A stretch of 64,000 bases of DNA from Candidatus Deferrimicrobium sp. Its GTDB lineage: Archaea > Asgardarchaeota > Lokiarchaeia > Helarchaeales > HEL-GB-A. The stretch covers positions 4,155 through 68,154 of the forward strand of contig DATKTP010000204.1 of NCBI GenBank assembly GCA_035531115.1. The letters run 5' to 3'. Below the pieces are notes generated by a model, which saw nothing but the letters and a program-made list of their open reading frames with translations, had not been told where the DNA came from and did no database searches. A program made the translations under genes and the position numbers. Numbering within the stretch: position 1 is the stretch's first letter; every line of letters begins with the position of its first letter. Below, one piece after another: positions 16,962 to 26,047 of this stretch.

Positions 16962-19436
16962 ATGGCTCAGTTTATGCTTCCAAAACGGTATAATTTCAAG
17001 GAAATTGAACAGAAGTGGATCCAGTATTGGAAGGAGAAAAATATTTACAAATTTGACATCAATGCGAAGGATAAAGAAATTTATTCCATCGATACGCCCC
17101 CTCCTTTCACTTCTGGTACGCTGCATATGGGACATATTCTGAATCATACATGGATTGATTTAGTAGCGCGCTTTAAACGAATGAGCGGCTATAATGTCTA
17201 TTTTCCTCAAGGCTATGATTGCCATGGATTACCTACAGAGTTAAAAGTAGAAAAAGAATTCAAAGTATCCAAGGATGATCGCGAAGAATTCCTGAAAAGA
17301 TGTATTAAATGGACCAATGAAGCAATAAAAAAGATGACATCCCAATTTGATAAGATCGGCTATTCTACAGATTGGCAGTTTACCTATAGGACTATGGACG
17401 AGCGCTATTTGAGAATGGTTCAAAAAACGCTCTTATTTTTTTATGAAAGAGGCTGGTTGTTTCTAGGGGATCATCCCATCCACTGGTGTACGCAATGTCG
17501 GACTGCTCTTGCTAAACAGGAAGTCGGATATATAGATACGAAGGGGAAATTCTGGTATATTAAATTGCCTTTAACTGATAATTCAGGCTATGCCACAATC
17601 GCTACAACGCGCCCTGAACTGATGCCTTCTTGTATGGCAGTTTTAATCCATCCAGATGATAATAGATACTATCATCTATCCCAAAAGAAAGTGAAACTCC
17701 CGATTTTTAACCGTGAAGTTCCTATAATTCAGGATGCGGCAGTTGATATGACCGTCGGAACCGGGATTGTTTATGTTTGCACCTTTGGTGATGAGACCGA
17801 TATTGCATGGCAAAAGAATTATAAACTCCCCATTATCATTTCCATTGATGAGCAGGGAAGAATGACAGAAGCCGCTGGGAAATTTAGGGGGATGCCTATT
17901 GATGAAGCCCGGGAAACAATTGTGAATGACTTAAAAGAAATGAATTTATTAGAAAAAGAAGAAGATATCACGCATAGAGTTATTGTCCATACTGAAAGAA
18001 GTTCTTGTTTAACCCCTATTGAATATTTACCTATAAAACAGTGGTTTATTTCCATTCGCCCCTTTAAGGAAGAAATTCTGGACGCGGCTTATAAGATGAA
18101 TTGGTTTCCCCCTACCATGATTAAACGACTGGAAGATTGGGTAGAATCCCTTGAGTGGGACTGGGTTATAAGTCGGCAGCGCGTTTTTGGAACGCCGATT
18201 CCATTTTATACATGTGAAAAATGTAGTAATGTCATTCCAGCAAAGGATGCGGATATCCCAATTGATCCACGAGTGGATCCGCCCCCACTTTCCAAATGTC
18301 CAAAATGCGGAGGCAAAATTATAGGAACTGTCGATGTCTGTGATTGTTGGATCGACTCCAGTATTACTCCACTCATTATTTCAAAATGGTCCGAGGATGA
18401 GAATTTCTTCAAAAAAACCTATCCTAGTTCTATGAGACCTCAAGGCTATGAAATCATTCGCACGTGGGCGTTCTATACAATTTTTCGATGTCTGAAATTA
18501 ACAAATCTCCCTTGCTTCCGTGACCTTATGATAAATGGGATGGTTGCAGGCACAGATGGCAGGAAAATGAGTAAAAGTTACGGGAATGTTGTTGAACCCG
18601 AAAAGCCTCTTGAAAAATTTGGTGCTGATGCCCTCAGACAATGGGGTGGATTAGGTACTTTGGGTGATGATTATCCCTACAATGATAAAGAAATCGAATA
18701 CAATCTCAAATTTTTAACTAAACTCTGGAATGCCTGTAGATTTACATCCGCTCATTTAAACAATTTTGACATAAAGAAAATCACTGAAGCAAAAATAGAA
18801 TTGACGCCTATCGATGAGTGGATTTTAAGTAAATTAAATAACGTTATCAAAATTGCTACTGAGTCCTTTACCACTTACAATTTCCATACAGGCCTCTCAG
18901 CCTTTAGACAATTTTTTTGGCATGATTTCTGTGATAATTATTTAGAAGCAGTAAAATATCGGCTATATGCAGAAAAAATTGACCCTGCTCAAATAATAGC
19001 GGGGCAATATAGCATCTATAATGTGATTTTGGATTCCCTCAAAATATTTGCTCCAATCGCCCCTTTTATCGTTGAAGAAATTTATCAGTCTATTTATAAG
19101 AAAGATCTCCAGATCCCGAGCATTCATCTTAATTCTTGGCCAACCCCCCGCTATAAGGTGCGCGAACAACTCGACCAAATTGGGGCATTATCAATTAAAA
19201 TCATAGGTGAATTCCGAAAAGAAAAATCCAATAAAGGCATCCCTTTAAATACTCCCATTAAAAAAGCAATTATTCAGATTGCAGGTGATCGAAAAGTGTT
19301 TGATCAAATTGAAAAGGATATTTCAGGTACCCTTAAAATAGACGAACTCATTATTTCTCATGATCCGCCTGCTCGCTTTTTTCATAATAGTTTCGAAATG
19401 CCCGAAGAAAAGATTATAATCCATTGGGAATTATAG
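16962..19436 (+). CDS. valS: valyl-tRNA synthetase
   Basis: 824 aa class I aaRS. 'PPPFTSGTLHMGH' (HIGH), 'KMSKSYGNVVEP' (KMSKS), and a CP1/editing insert. Size and motifs fit archaeal ValRS better than IleRS or LeuRS. Confidence 0.8.
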   Translation: MAQFMLPKRYNFKEIEQKWIQYWKEKNIYKFDINAKDKEIYSIDTPPPFTSGTLHMGHILNHTWIDLVARFKRMSGYNVYFPQGYDCHGLPTELKVEKEFKVSKDDREEFLKRCIKWTNEAIKKMTSQFDKIGYSTDWQFTYRTMDERYLRMVQKTLLFFYERGWLFLGDHPIHWCTQCRTALAKQEVGYIDTKGKFWYIKLPLTDNSGYATIATTRPELMPSCMAVLIHPDDNRYYHLSQKKVKLPIFNREVPIIQDAAVDMTVGTGIVYVCTFGDETDIAWQKNYKLPIIISIDEQGRMTEAAGKFRGMPIDEARETIVNDLKEMNLLEKEEDITHRVIVHTERSSCLTPIEYLPIKQWFISIRPFKEEILDAAYKMNWFPPTMIKRLEDWVESLEWDWVISRQRVFGTPIPFYTCEKCSNVIPAKDADIPIDPRVDPPPLSKCPKCGGKIIGTVDVCDCWIDSSITPLIISKWSEDENFFKKTYPSSMRPQGYEIIRTWAFYTIFRCLKLTNLPCFRDLMINGMVAGTDGRKMSKSYGNVVEPEKPLEKFGADALRQWGGLGTLGDDYPYNDKEIEYNLKFLTKLWNACRFTSAHLNNFDIKKITEAKIELTPIDEWILSKLNNVIKIATESFTTYNFHTGLSAFRQFFWHDFCDNYLEAVKYRLYAEKIDPAQIIAGQYSIYNVILDSLKIFAPIAPFIVEEIYQSIYKKDLQIPSIHLNSWPTPRYKVREQLDQIGALSIKIIGEFRKEKSNKGIPLNTPIKKAIIQIAGDRKVFDQIEKDISGTLKIDELIISHDPPARFFHNSFEMPEEKIIIHWEL

Positions 19437-19447
19437 TACAAATCAGT

Positions 19448-19520
19448 GGGCCAGTAGATCAGCTGGAAGATCGCAAGATTCGCATTCTTGAGGCCGCGGG
19501 TTCAAATCCCGCCTGGTCCA
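19448..19520 (+). tRNA. tRNA-Ala (anticodon CGC)
   Basis: Manual cloverleaf, 73 nt. Acceptor GGGCCAG/CTGGTCC with the Ala identity pair G3:U70. D stem GATC/GATC. Anticodon arm CAAGA-TTCGCAT-TCTTG. T arm GCGGG-TTCAAAT-CCCGC. No encoded CCA. Confidence 0.95.
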
Positions 19521-19596
19521 CTATTTAAATATCTTTAGTAGAATGAAATTTTAACTCTAAAGAAAATAAATTCTCTATAATAGGTAATATCGTAAA

Positions 19597-20853
19597 ATGC
19601 AAGCAAAATACGAAACGACCGTAATTAATCTGATGCAAGCTCTACCTTTTATTAACGCAGTTGTAGTGATTGAGGGAAACGCTGATATTGTTTATTCAAC
19701 GGCTAGTTGGGATATTAAAAAAGATGTTGCGAGCGTCATTTCTAACTGGTTATCTAAGAATGCTGAATCCATAATAATTAATGATATAATCTATACAATT
19801 CGCCTCTGCACGAGCGAGCGATTAGTTGCAACCTCAATGAGCGGGGAGGGGCATATTGTCGGCGCGAAAGATCAAAAAAGAATAATAATTGCTCAACTTG
19901 CGCAAGATGGAATTATAGGCTTTGCATATATTGAGATGGCTAGAGCCTTAATATTATTAAGCGCTAATAAAGTATATCAAGAACAAAAAGCAATCAAAAT
20001 TAAAGAGACCCAACTCCCATCAAAGAAACAACAGGATTTCAATAATGAGAAAATCGCTGTTCCTTTCACTGCCCGCCTCATGGCATATTATCGTGCTCTA
20101 GAATATAAACGGGATTCCCCACTCATCGTTGATCCTTATGCAGAGCGCCTCGCGGGTGATATGACTTCATATCTCAAAGAACATATTCGTTATTCCGAAA
20201 TGGATTATCCAATTGTGCGTTCATATTACATAGAAGAGAATTTATTAACGCCTTGGTGCAATAAGCATCCGAGATCGCAAATAGTTCTTTTAGGGTCCGG
20301 TTTAGATTCGCGGGCTTATCGATTCACCCCCCTTCAAATTAATACCCATACAATCTTCGAGGTTGATTTCCCAAGTATAATCCGCTATAAAGAGGAGCTT
20401 TTGCACAGTGAAGAACCGTTATGTGGTCTTATTCGTTTATCTGCAGACCTCTCCAATCCCGATTGGATGCCTCAACTTAAAAAAAGCGGATTTTCTAGTA
20501 ATATTCCCACTTTCTGGGTATTAGAAGGCCTTGTCTATTATATGGATCGAGAAGTGGTTGCTTCTCTACTTGCTAAAGCAGCAGAGATTAGTGCAAAATC
20601 CAGTCAAATTTTCGTGGATATCTTACAATACTCAAGATGGCTCTCTGATTCTTCTTCATTAAATGGGATTATGGCGGGTCCTTTTTCCACACATTTTAAA
20701 TGGGGGCTTGATATAAAAGATGTTCCATCGTTCTTTTCTAGCGCTGGTTGGAAGGTTTCCTGTTCATTTGCCGATCTGCATGATCAAGGACGCGATGTGG
20801 GGCAGAAGGGGATGATTTTTATTTATGGAGTACGTGCGTATTTAGGTGATTGA
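19597..20853 (+). CDS. fusion protein: N-terminal profilin-like (or roadblock-like) domain + LCMT/O-methyltransferase-family SAM methyltransferase
   Basis: 418 aa. C-terminal ~260 aa: 'FTARLMAYYRALE...IVDPYAERLAG', 'VLLGSGLDSRAYRF', 'FEVDFPSII', 'PTFWVLEGLVYYM' (leucine carboxyl methyltransferase family pattern). N-terminal ~125 aa: 'ASWDIKKD...IIINDIIYTIRLCTSERLVATSMSGEGHIVGAKDQKRIIIAQ', reminiscent of profilin. Confidence 0.75.
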   Translation: MQAKYETTVINLMQALPFINAVVVIEGNADIVYSTASWDIKKDVASVISNWLSKNAESIIINDIIYTIRLCTSERLVATSMSGEGHIVGAKDQKRIIIAQLAQDGIIGFAYIEMARALILLSANKVYQEQKAIKIKETQLPSKKQQDFNNEKIAVPFTARLMAYYRALEYKRDSPLIVDPYAERLAGDMTSYLKEHIRYSEMDYPIVRSYYIEENLLTPWCNKHPRSQIVLLGSGLDSRAYRFTPLQINTHTIFEVDFPSIIRYKEELLHSEEPLCGLIRLSADLSNPDWMPQLKKSGFSSNIPTFWVLEGLVYYMDREVVASLLAKAAEISAKSSQIFVDILQYSRWLSDSSSLNGIMAGPFSTHFKWGLDIKDVPSFFSSAGWKVSCSFADLHDQGRDVGQKGMIFIYGVRAYLGD

Positions 20854-20854
20854 G

Positions 20855-21598
20855 ATGGATAATTCGCATAAAAATCCGGTCGATGAACCGACGAACATGA
20901 AGGAAAGTACAGATAAATTCTCAAAGATCTTCTTCTTTATCATTCCATTTACGGTGCCTCTTATAGTTACCTTAATGACATATTTATTTTATCCCGTGAC
21001 ACTTGCTTCTAATCTTGTCTGGCTCCCCCTCCTGATTATTTATTGGGTAACAATCTGGTGTTTTACATTTCTTTATAGATATAAACGTGGGGGTGTTTTT
21101 AACAAAGAACGCTATAAATTAACGTTAAAATTAAAAGGAGACCGTTTATGGTTACAATATTTACTTGTTTATGGACCATTTGTCTACTCCATTCCATTAT
21201 TTTTTATTAATTATGCTACAGAATTGTCAGTTAATATGTTCTTAGTAATTCTGCTTGCGTCTATCATAAATGGCCCCTCCGAGGAGACCTTCTGGAGAGC
21301 GTGTTTAGACGATGCTGGAAAAAAAGCGGGAGTTTCTGAAAAGAAGCGCCTCATATTTGCACCAATTGCTTTTGCACTTTGGCATACCGCGTTTATCATT
21401 CATCTACTTCCATGGGATCAAACCTGGATTCTATGGTGGGCTGGAACAATGTTGATGACATGGTCAAGTGGGATTATATGGATGTGGGTTATGCATCGCT
21501 CTGGTAGATTAATGCCTCAAACCATTTATCATGCGTGTGCAAACTTTTTAAGCATATTTCCATTATTTCTTGTCACCGTTCTTCATATTTATTTTTAA
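20855..21598 (+). CDS. CPBP-family (CAAX/Abi) intramembrane glutamic protease
   Basis: Motifs 'SEETFWR' (EExxxR), 'FALWH' (FxxxH) and 'YHACAN' (HxxxN) in a polytopic membrane protein. ATG at 20855, 1 nt after the upstream stop (the track start is GTG 20846). Confidence 0.85.
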   Translation: MDNSHKNPVDEPTNMKESTDKFSKIFFFIIPFTVPLIVTLMTYLFYPVTLASNLVWLPLLIIYWVTIWCFTFLYRYKRGGVFNKERYKLTLKLKGDRLWLQYLLVYGPFVYSIPLFFINYATELSVNMFLVILLASIINGPSEETFWRACLDDAGKKAGVSEKKRLIFAPIAFALWHTAFIIHLLPWDQTWILWWAGTMLMTWSSGIIWMWVMHRSGRLMPQTIYHACANFLSIFPLFLVTVLHIYF

Positions 21599-21799
21599 TA
21601 CACTAATGATTAGGTTGCAGCTTCAACTCTTGCCCTGCTCCCCCTTTCCTATCTTGCGGTAATTACAAATTTAATAGGCTTCTATTGTGTATAGAGAAAA
21701 ATTTAAAATTCAGTGCAAGAAAAAATTGCTGAGTAATATTTAAAACTTACAAAACTTAAAGTAGTGATAATTGCCAGAAAGGTAAGATAAGTAATCAAT

Positions 21800-21877
21800 G
21801 GTCCAGTGGCTTAGCTTGGTTAAAGCGCTCGGCTGATAACCGAGAGATCGTGGGTCCGAATCCCACTTGGACCACCA
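21800..21877 (+). tRNA. tRNA-Ile (anticodon GAT) with encoded CCA
   Basis: Manual cloverleaf. Acceptor GGTCCAG/TTGGACC, D arm GCTT-AGCTTGGTTA-AAGC, anticodon arm CTCGG-CTGATAA-CCGAG, T arm GTGGG-TCCGAAT-CCCAC, discriminator A, then CCA. The T loop reads TCC rather than the usual TTC. Confidence 0.9.
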
Positions 21878-21885
21878 TCCTACTT

Positions 21886-22620
21886 TTAAAAAATTGGGGA
21901 TTCTTGCGGTGGATAATATAAAATTCGTCCTTCTCCTGCTAATTGTTCCCAAAGTTGTTCTGCTTTTACATATGATTCTTTTTCCAACTTATCTTCGATT
22001 CCTGAGATAACCGCTCTGATTTTTTTTCTTTCCAATTGATCTTTTCTTCGCATAAGGAGAGCTCGTTCAAAAAAGGGCTTCTGGACCTTATCATTCTCGT
22101 CGATCCCGACAATACCCATTCGTTTATGATAGTTTATACATTCTTCATAGAGTTTTTTATTTTCGACTGATTCGCTGCGTTCTTCCATCCAATGATATAT
22201 ATATCGTGAAATAGTAATCGAATCAAGAGTAGTGTCGTCCGAAGACCCCCACAATTGATTCAAATATCCCTCCAATTGCTTCCCTATCTCATCAAGTTCC
22301 TTATTATGGTAAATAACAAAAGTAGACGCGGTATTCAGGACTGAAAAGGTCTCAAGGAGATCCCAAAACGTCAGTTTCACAATTTTCGAGGGTTCTTTCT
22401 TGTTTTCCTCTGCTTCATCTTCAAGTATAATAGAAAATTCAAAGGGCATAACAATAATTGCTTTCTCAAAATACCGATACTTAAAAAACGGTTCTGCTAT
22501 ATAGATTAAGTTACCATCCGTTTCATCTAGTGTGGGGATAAAATGAATAAATTTATTTTTCAAGTTCTCAAACACCATTATTTTAGGATTTTCCGTTCTA
22601 ATTCGAAAGCTTGATCCCAT
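21886..22620 (-). CDS. hypothetical protein, overlaps and follows the TGT-like gene
   Basis: 244-aa ORF. Its start overlaps the last 43 nt of the upstream TGT-like gene. No recognisable motifs. Confidence 0.6.
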   Translation of the reverse strand: MGSSFRIRTENPKIMVFENLKNKFIHFIPTLDETDGNLIYIAEPFFKYRYFEKAIIVMPFEFSIILEDEAEENKKEPSKIVKLTFWDLLETFSVLNTASTFVIYHNKELDEIGKQLEGYLNQLWGSSDDTTLDSITISRYIYHWMEERSESVENKKLYEECINYHKRMGIVGIDENDKVQKPFFERALLMRRKDQLERKKIRAVISGIEDKLEKESYVKAEQLWEQLAGEGRILYYPPQESPIF

Positions 22621-23576
22621 GTTTTTCGATAATATTTAGAATCCAATTGATTAATCTCATTTTCAATAGTTTGAGCTAACTCCTCCCTATTCTTGCACCC
22701 TTGTATGGCTTTTACCTTCTCTTGCCAAATTGCCAAGTTATGCTTCACCCGCGCAAGCCGATTCGCGTTAAACTCTTCAATGATATTTCCCTCGTAAGTT
22801 CTACAAAACTCACAGGTGCACTTCCACTCTTTCAAATCTCTCACTTTCAATCCCTTTCCAGTAGGTGTATAGATCGTACCCCGCGCGAGCGCGGAAGAAA
22901 CCGGCGTACTTCCATCAACCGAAGTCGCTCCTAAGTACGCAATAATTGGAAGCAAATATAAACTCGAAAGCCCCGAGAGATGGAAGGGTAGATCCTCCAA
23001 GACGCTCCTTGCTCCAATTGTCAGCTCAAAAATTGTTTGCAAGCCTTTTTTCCGGATCTTAGTATCCCGTAAAAACTCAGCGACGCCGCGACAGAAACAT
23101 TCATGCCCTATATCCCGAGCTTTACGAAACCAAACCCGGGCTTCCTCTGTTGTGGAAACTTCTAAAGAACTATAAATGGGGACCTCGACCGTTTTATGCT
23201 CTATCGCCCAGTTCGCATTATCTAGACATTGTTGGATGGCCCGCTCCCTGACTTCTTTCGCGATATTCCAGTATTCATAATTCGTCAAACTCGCAGGGGT
23301 GTTTAGGGACATAAACCCCACCGTTTTCTTAGGTGTATAAAATTTCTCCTGATTTTCTAACACAATTGCCGGCGTTCGCTTCGTGGGATCAATATTCCAC
23401 CAATTTCCTGAATGGATAAAGTGAGTTCCTTTATACTCCTTAAGTAATTTAATATTTTTCGGGTTACACTTTTCATACCCCATTACGATTGGCATCTCTG
23501 AATCTAAATTAGGAACAAATGTTACAAAAAAAGTGAAATTCATTGTTAAACACTCTTTTCTTTTCTTCAAATTCAT
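22578..23576 (-). CDS. tRNA-guanine-transglycosylase-fold protein (TGT/DpdA-like)
   Basis: 332 aa. 'PFHLSGLSSLYLLPIIAYLGATSVDGSTPVSSALARG' matches the TGT 'hLfGvG...GvDxFD...Ptr.ar.G' core including the catalytic-Asp position. Zn site 'CTCEFC...VKHNL' (CxCxxC...H). The start may be the second Met at 23543. Confidence 0.7.
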   Translation of the reverse strand: MNLKKRKECLTMNFTFFVTFVPNLDSEMPIVMGYEKCNPKNIKLLKEYKGTHFIHSGNWWNIDPTKRTPAIVLENQEKFYTPKKTVGFMSLNTPASLTNYEYWNIAKEVRERAIQQCLDNANWAIEHKTVEVPIYSSLEVSTTEEARVWFRKARDIGHECFCRGVAEFLRDTKIRKKGLQTIFELTIGARSVLEDLPFHLSGLSSLYLLPIIAYLGATSVDGSTPVSSALARGTIYTPTGKGLKVRDLKEWKCTCEFCRTYEGNIIEEFNANRLARVKHNLAIWQEKVKAIQGCKNREELAQTIENEINQLDSKYYRKTWDQAFELERKILK

Positions 23577-23699
23577 TGAAGGTTCTTACTTTTTTGGAAG
23601 GTAAATTTTAAAAATCTTCTAAGCATTTTTAACTTAACAAGAATAAAATTATGTCGATTTAATATAAGAAACGAAGATATACAAGCAAAGGCATACCTC

Positions 23700-23815
23700 A
23701 GCGGGATAGGGTAGCCAGGAGATCCCACGGGGCTCATATTTTAGAGATACCCCGAGATCGGTGGTTCAAAAGATTGTTAGATGTCCTAACAATTCTGAGC
23801 GTCCACCTCCCGCTA
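23700..23815 (+). tRNA. initiator-type tRNA-Met (anticodon CAT) interrupted by two introns
   Basis: Acceptor AGCGGGA/TCCCGCT with A1:U72. Anticodon stem CGGGG/CCCCG (three G:C at 29-31:39-41). Anticodon CAT at 23735-23737. About 10 nt extra after position 37 (~23739-23748). About 31 nt extra inside the T loop (~23771-23801) containing the hairpin ATTGTTAG/CTAACAAT. 116 nt minus 41 nt gives a 75-nt cloverleaf. Confidence 0.8.
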
Positions 23816-23878
23816 TTCCTATATCCTCATTCTGCTGTTATTACTTTTAATACCTGACTCGAAGAGAAGATACTAAAC

Positions 23879-24421
23879 ATGCGCTATAATATTTCTAATC
23901 CACGATGGAAAGCGGCTCCTGTTAAACTCTACGTTTATCATGCGAACCAATGTGATCCGAAGAAATGTACTGCCAAAAAATTGGAGAGACATGGATTCGT
24001 AAAAATGATAAAATTGAACCAAATCCCTCAGGGAGCGATCATTTTAAACCCTTTTGCAATGCGCGCCATCTCATCCGAGGATCACGATCAAGTTCTTGAG
24101 AAAGGGATTGTTGGAATTGATTGCTCTTGGCATAAGATTGAAGAGATGCAAACCGTCTTTAAATCCAAAGGAATAAGCAGATCACTTCCCTACTTAATTG
24201 CCAGTAACCCTATTAATTATGGAGTTCCCACTCAATTAAGTACGGTTGAAGCCTTTGCGGCTACGCTATTCATTACGGGATTTGCAGACTATGCCAAAAC
24301 AGTTGTATCTATTTTTAAATGGGGGGCTCATTTCCTTCAATTGAATGCAGACCCCTTGCAAGAATACGCGCAAGCTAAAAATAGTCAAGAGATTGTGGAA
24401 ATTCAAAAAGAATATATTTAA
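23879..24421 (+). CDS. tsr3: Tsr3-type SSU rRNA aminocarboxypropyltransferase (DUF367)
   Basis: 180 aa. N-terminal 'LYVYHANQCDPKKCTAKKLERHG' plus 'GIDCSW' and 'LPYLIASNPINYG', characteristic of Tsr3. Confidence 0.85.
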   Translation: MRYNISNPRWKAAPVKLYVYHANQCDPKKCTAKKLERHGFVKMIKLNQIPQGAIILNPFAMRAISSEDHDQVLEKGIVGIDCSWHKIEEMQTVFKSKGISRSLPYLIASNPINYGVPTQLSTVEAFAATLFITGFADYAKTVVSIFKWGAHFLQLNADPLQEYAQAKNSQEIVEIQKEYI

Positions 24422-24444
24422 TTCAGTTATATTTACCTTAAGAG

Positions 24445-26013
24445 TTGAGAAAAATGAGGCTCTTAGACAATTTCTATCATTTTGATTCAGCTCTGAGTTT
24501 TGGGTTTATTGCATTTCTGTTTATTGAATGGAGCATAATAGTGGCAAACTTTGGCCATATCCTCTATTTCCTGTCACTCATTCTACTAATAATTGGTTGC
24601 TTATCAATATTTTTCCTCGATTGGATATTCTACCGTAAGAAAAAGTGGTTTAGTCTTCAAATCCTTTTCAATATCTTTCAAATTTTATTTTACGGCTTTC
24701 TATTTTTTGGATTAATCATAATCATCATGGGTTATTTCTCTTTTGGGTTTATTCTCCTTCTAACCATATTGATTAGTAAAGTACTTCGATTATTCTTGGT
24801 AATTCAAAAATACTTGCAATGCAGGAGAATGGGACTCTCAACAAGCATTTCATTCAATCTTAAAAAGCGGAAGATCTTTGTGATTCTTTTTATATTTCTA
24901 TTTGTATTCCCTTCAATAGTATTTCTCTTAGGAACAACCTCATATACAGTAGCCAGGAAGGATGTCGATATAAATGATATTATAGGGGCAGACCAAGGTT
25001 CGCAAGCAATTCAATTATCATTTTATGCAACATTATCTAGTTATAATTACTTAACGAATGATACTATCTTAAGAGTGCTGAATGGTACAGATTTCGGTGG
25101 AGGAAGCCTGAACCCGGTGGAAATTCTATTATTATTAGGAGAATATGAACTAACTTCCTCTTCGGACGCCTTGAAATTAGCGCAGATGGTGAATAAATGT
25201 ACTGAAAGTGGCTTACGAGTGTGGATTTGGTTTGTTTATGATACGGTGCTATATGGACATTACCCCTCGTTTCAGAATTACCAGCATTTACCCGAATTTA
25301 AACAAGTATTCGATAACTGGGTTCAAAATTATTCATTGAATATTCATGGCATATTGTTTGACAATGAAATGGATCAAGTGATAGTAGATACTGATCTTTC
25401 GGATATCTTCAGTTATCTTAAAGTTATTTTAAACTATAGAAGAACTGTTCAAGCGGATTGGGTAAATGCCGTGAATATGTATGAATCAGTGGCAAATAAT
25501 TGGAGCGCTCAGGGATATGAAATTGGGTTAATTGGAATGGAGATGACTTTATCCGATTTAAAGGATGGGGATCCTGATATTCAACAGCTGCAAGGGATCG
25601 TAAATAATCCGCCAGATATGTGGGATCGCGTGGGTTTCATGCTCTACAGAGGTTGTGAATATCATCCTACTCCTTATGGGCGAGATTATTTGTATAATCT
25701 AGCCGATCTTCATAAAAAACTATATGGAGAACGTGCAGTGGTCGCTCTAGGGTGTATGGACTATGCTGCCTATAAAACAGTTGATAATATATTGAAAGAT
25801 ATTGCAATACTCAAGAGTTTAAACTATTCAACGGTGGAATTGTTTGAATTTAGAGCTTTTTATGATGCATTTGAGTATAATGGGCTGTTATCTATTTTGA
25901 ATTCGACCTTGAATGGATGGAAATATCCTAGATTTCAAATAAATTTCTATACCGTTGAATATCTACTGAGATCCGCATTGATGTTAGCAGATTTATTTTT
26001 AGATTTCTTTTAG
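24445..26013 (+). CDS. membrane protein with large C-terminal soluble domain (possible TIM-barrel glycosidase-like)
   Basis: 522 aa: ~5 TM helices followed by ~350 aa. 'GILFDNEMD' is only a weak hint of a D-x-E glycosidase-like site. Confidence 0.65.
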   Translation: MRKMRLLDNFYHFDSALSFGFIAFLFIEWSIIVANFGHILYFLSLILLIIGCLSIFFLDWIFYRKKKWFSLQILFNIFQILFYGFLFFGLIIIIMGYFSFGFILLLTILISKVLRLFLVIQKYLQCRRMGLSTSISFNLKKRKIFVILFIFLFVFPSIVFLLGTTSYTVARKDVDINDIIGADQGSQAIQLSFYATLSSYNYLTNDTILRVLNGTDFGGGSLNPVEILLLLGEYELTSSSDALKLAQMVNKCTESGLRVWIWFVYDTVLYGHYPSFQNYQHLPEFKQVFDNWVQNYSLNIHGILFDNEMDQVIVDTDLSDIFSYLKVILNYRRTVQADWVNAVNMYESVANNWSAQGYEIGLIGMEMTLSDLKDGDPDIQQLQGIVNNPPDMWDRVGFMLYRGCEYHPTPYGRDYLYNLADLHKKLYGERAVVALGCMDYAAYKTVDNILKDIAILKSLNYSTVELFEFRAFYDAFEYNGLLSILNSTLNGWKYPRFQINFYTVEYLLRSALMLADLFLDFF

Positions 26014-26047
26014 TTAAAAATGGGTGAATTAAGAGGTTGGATCAAAG

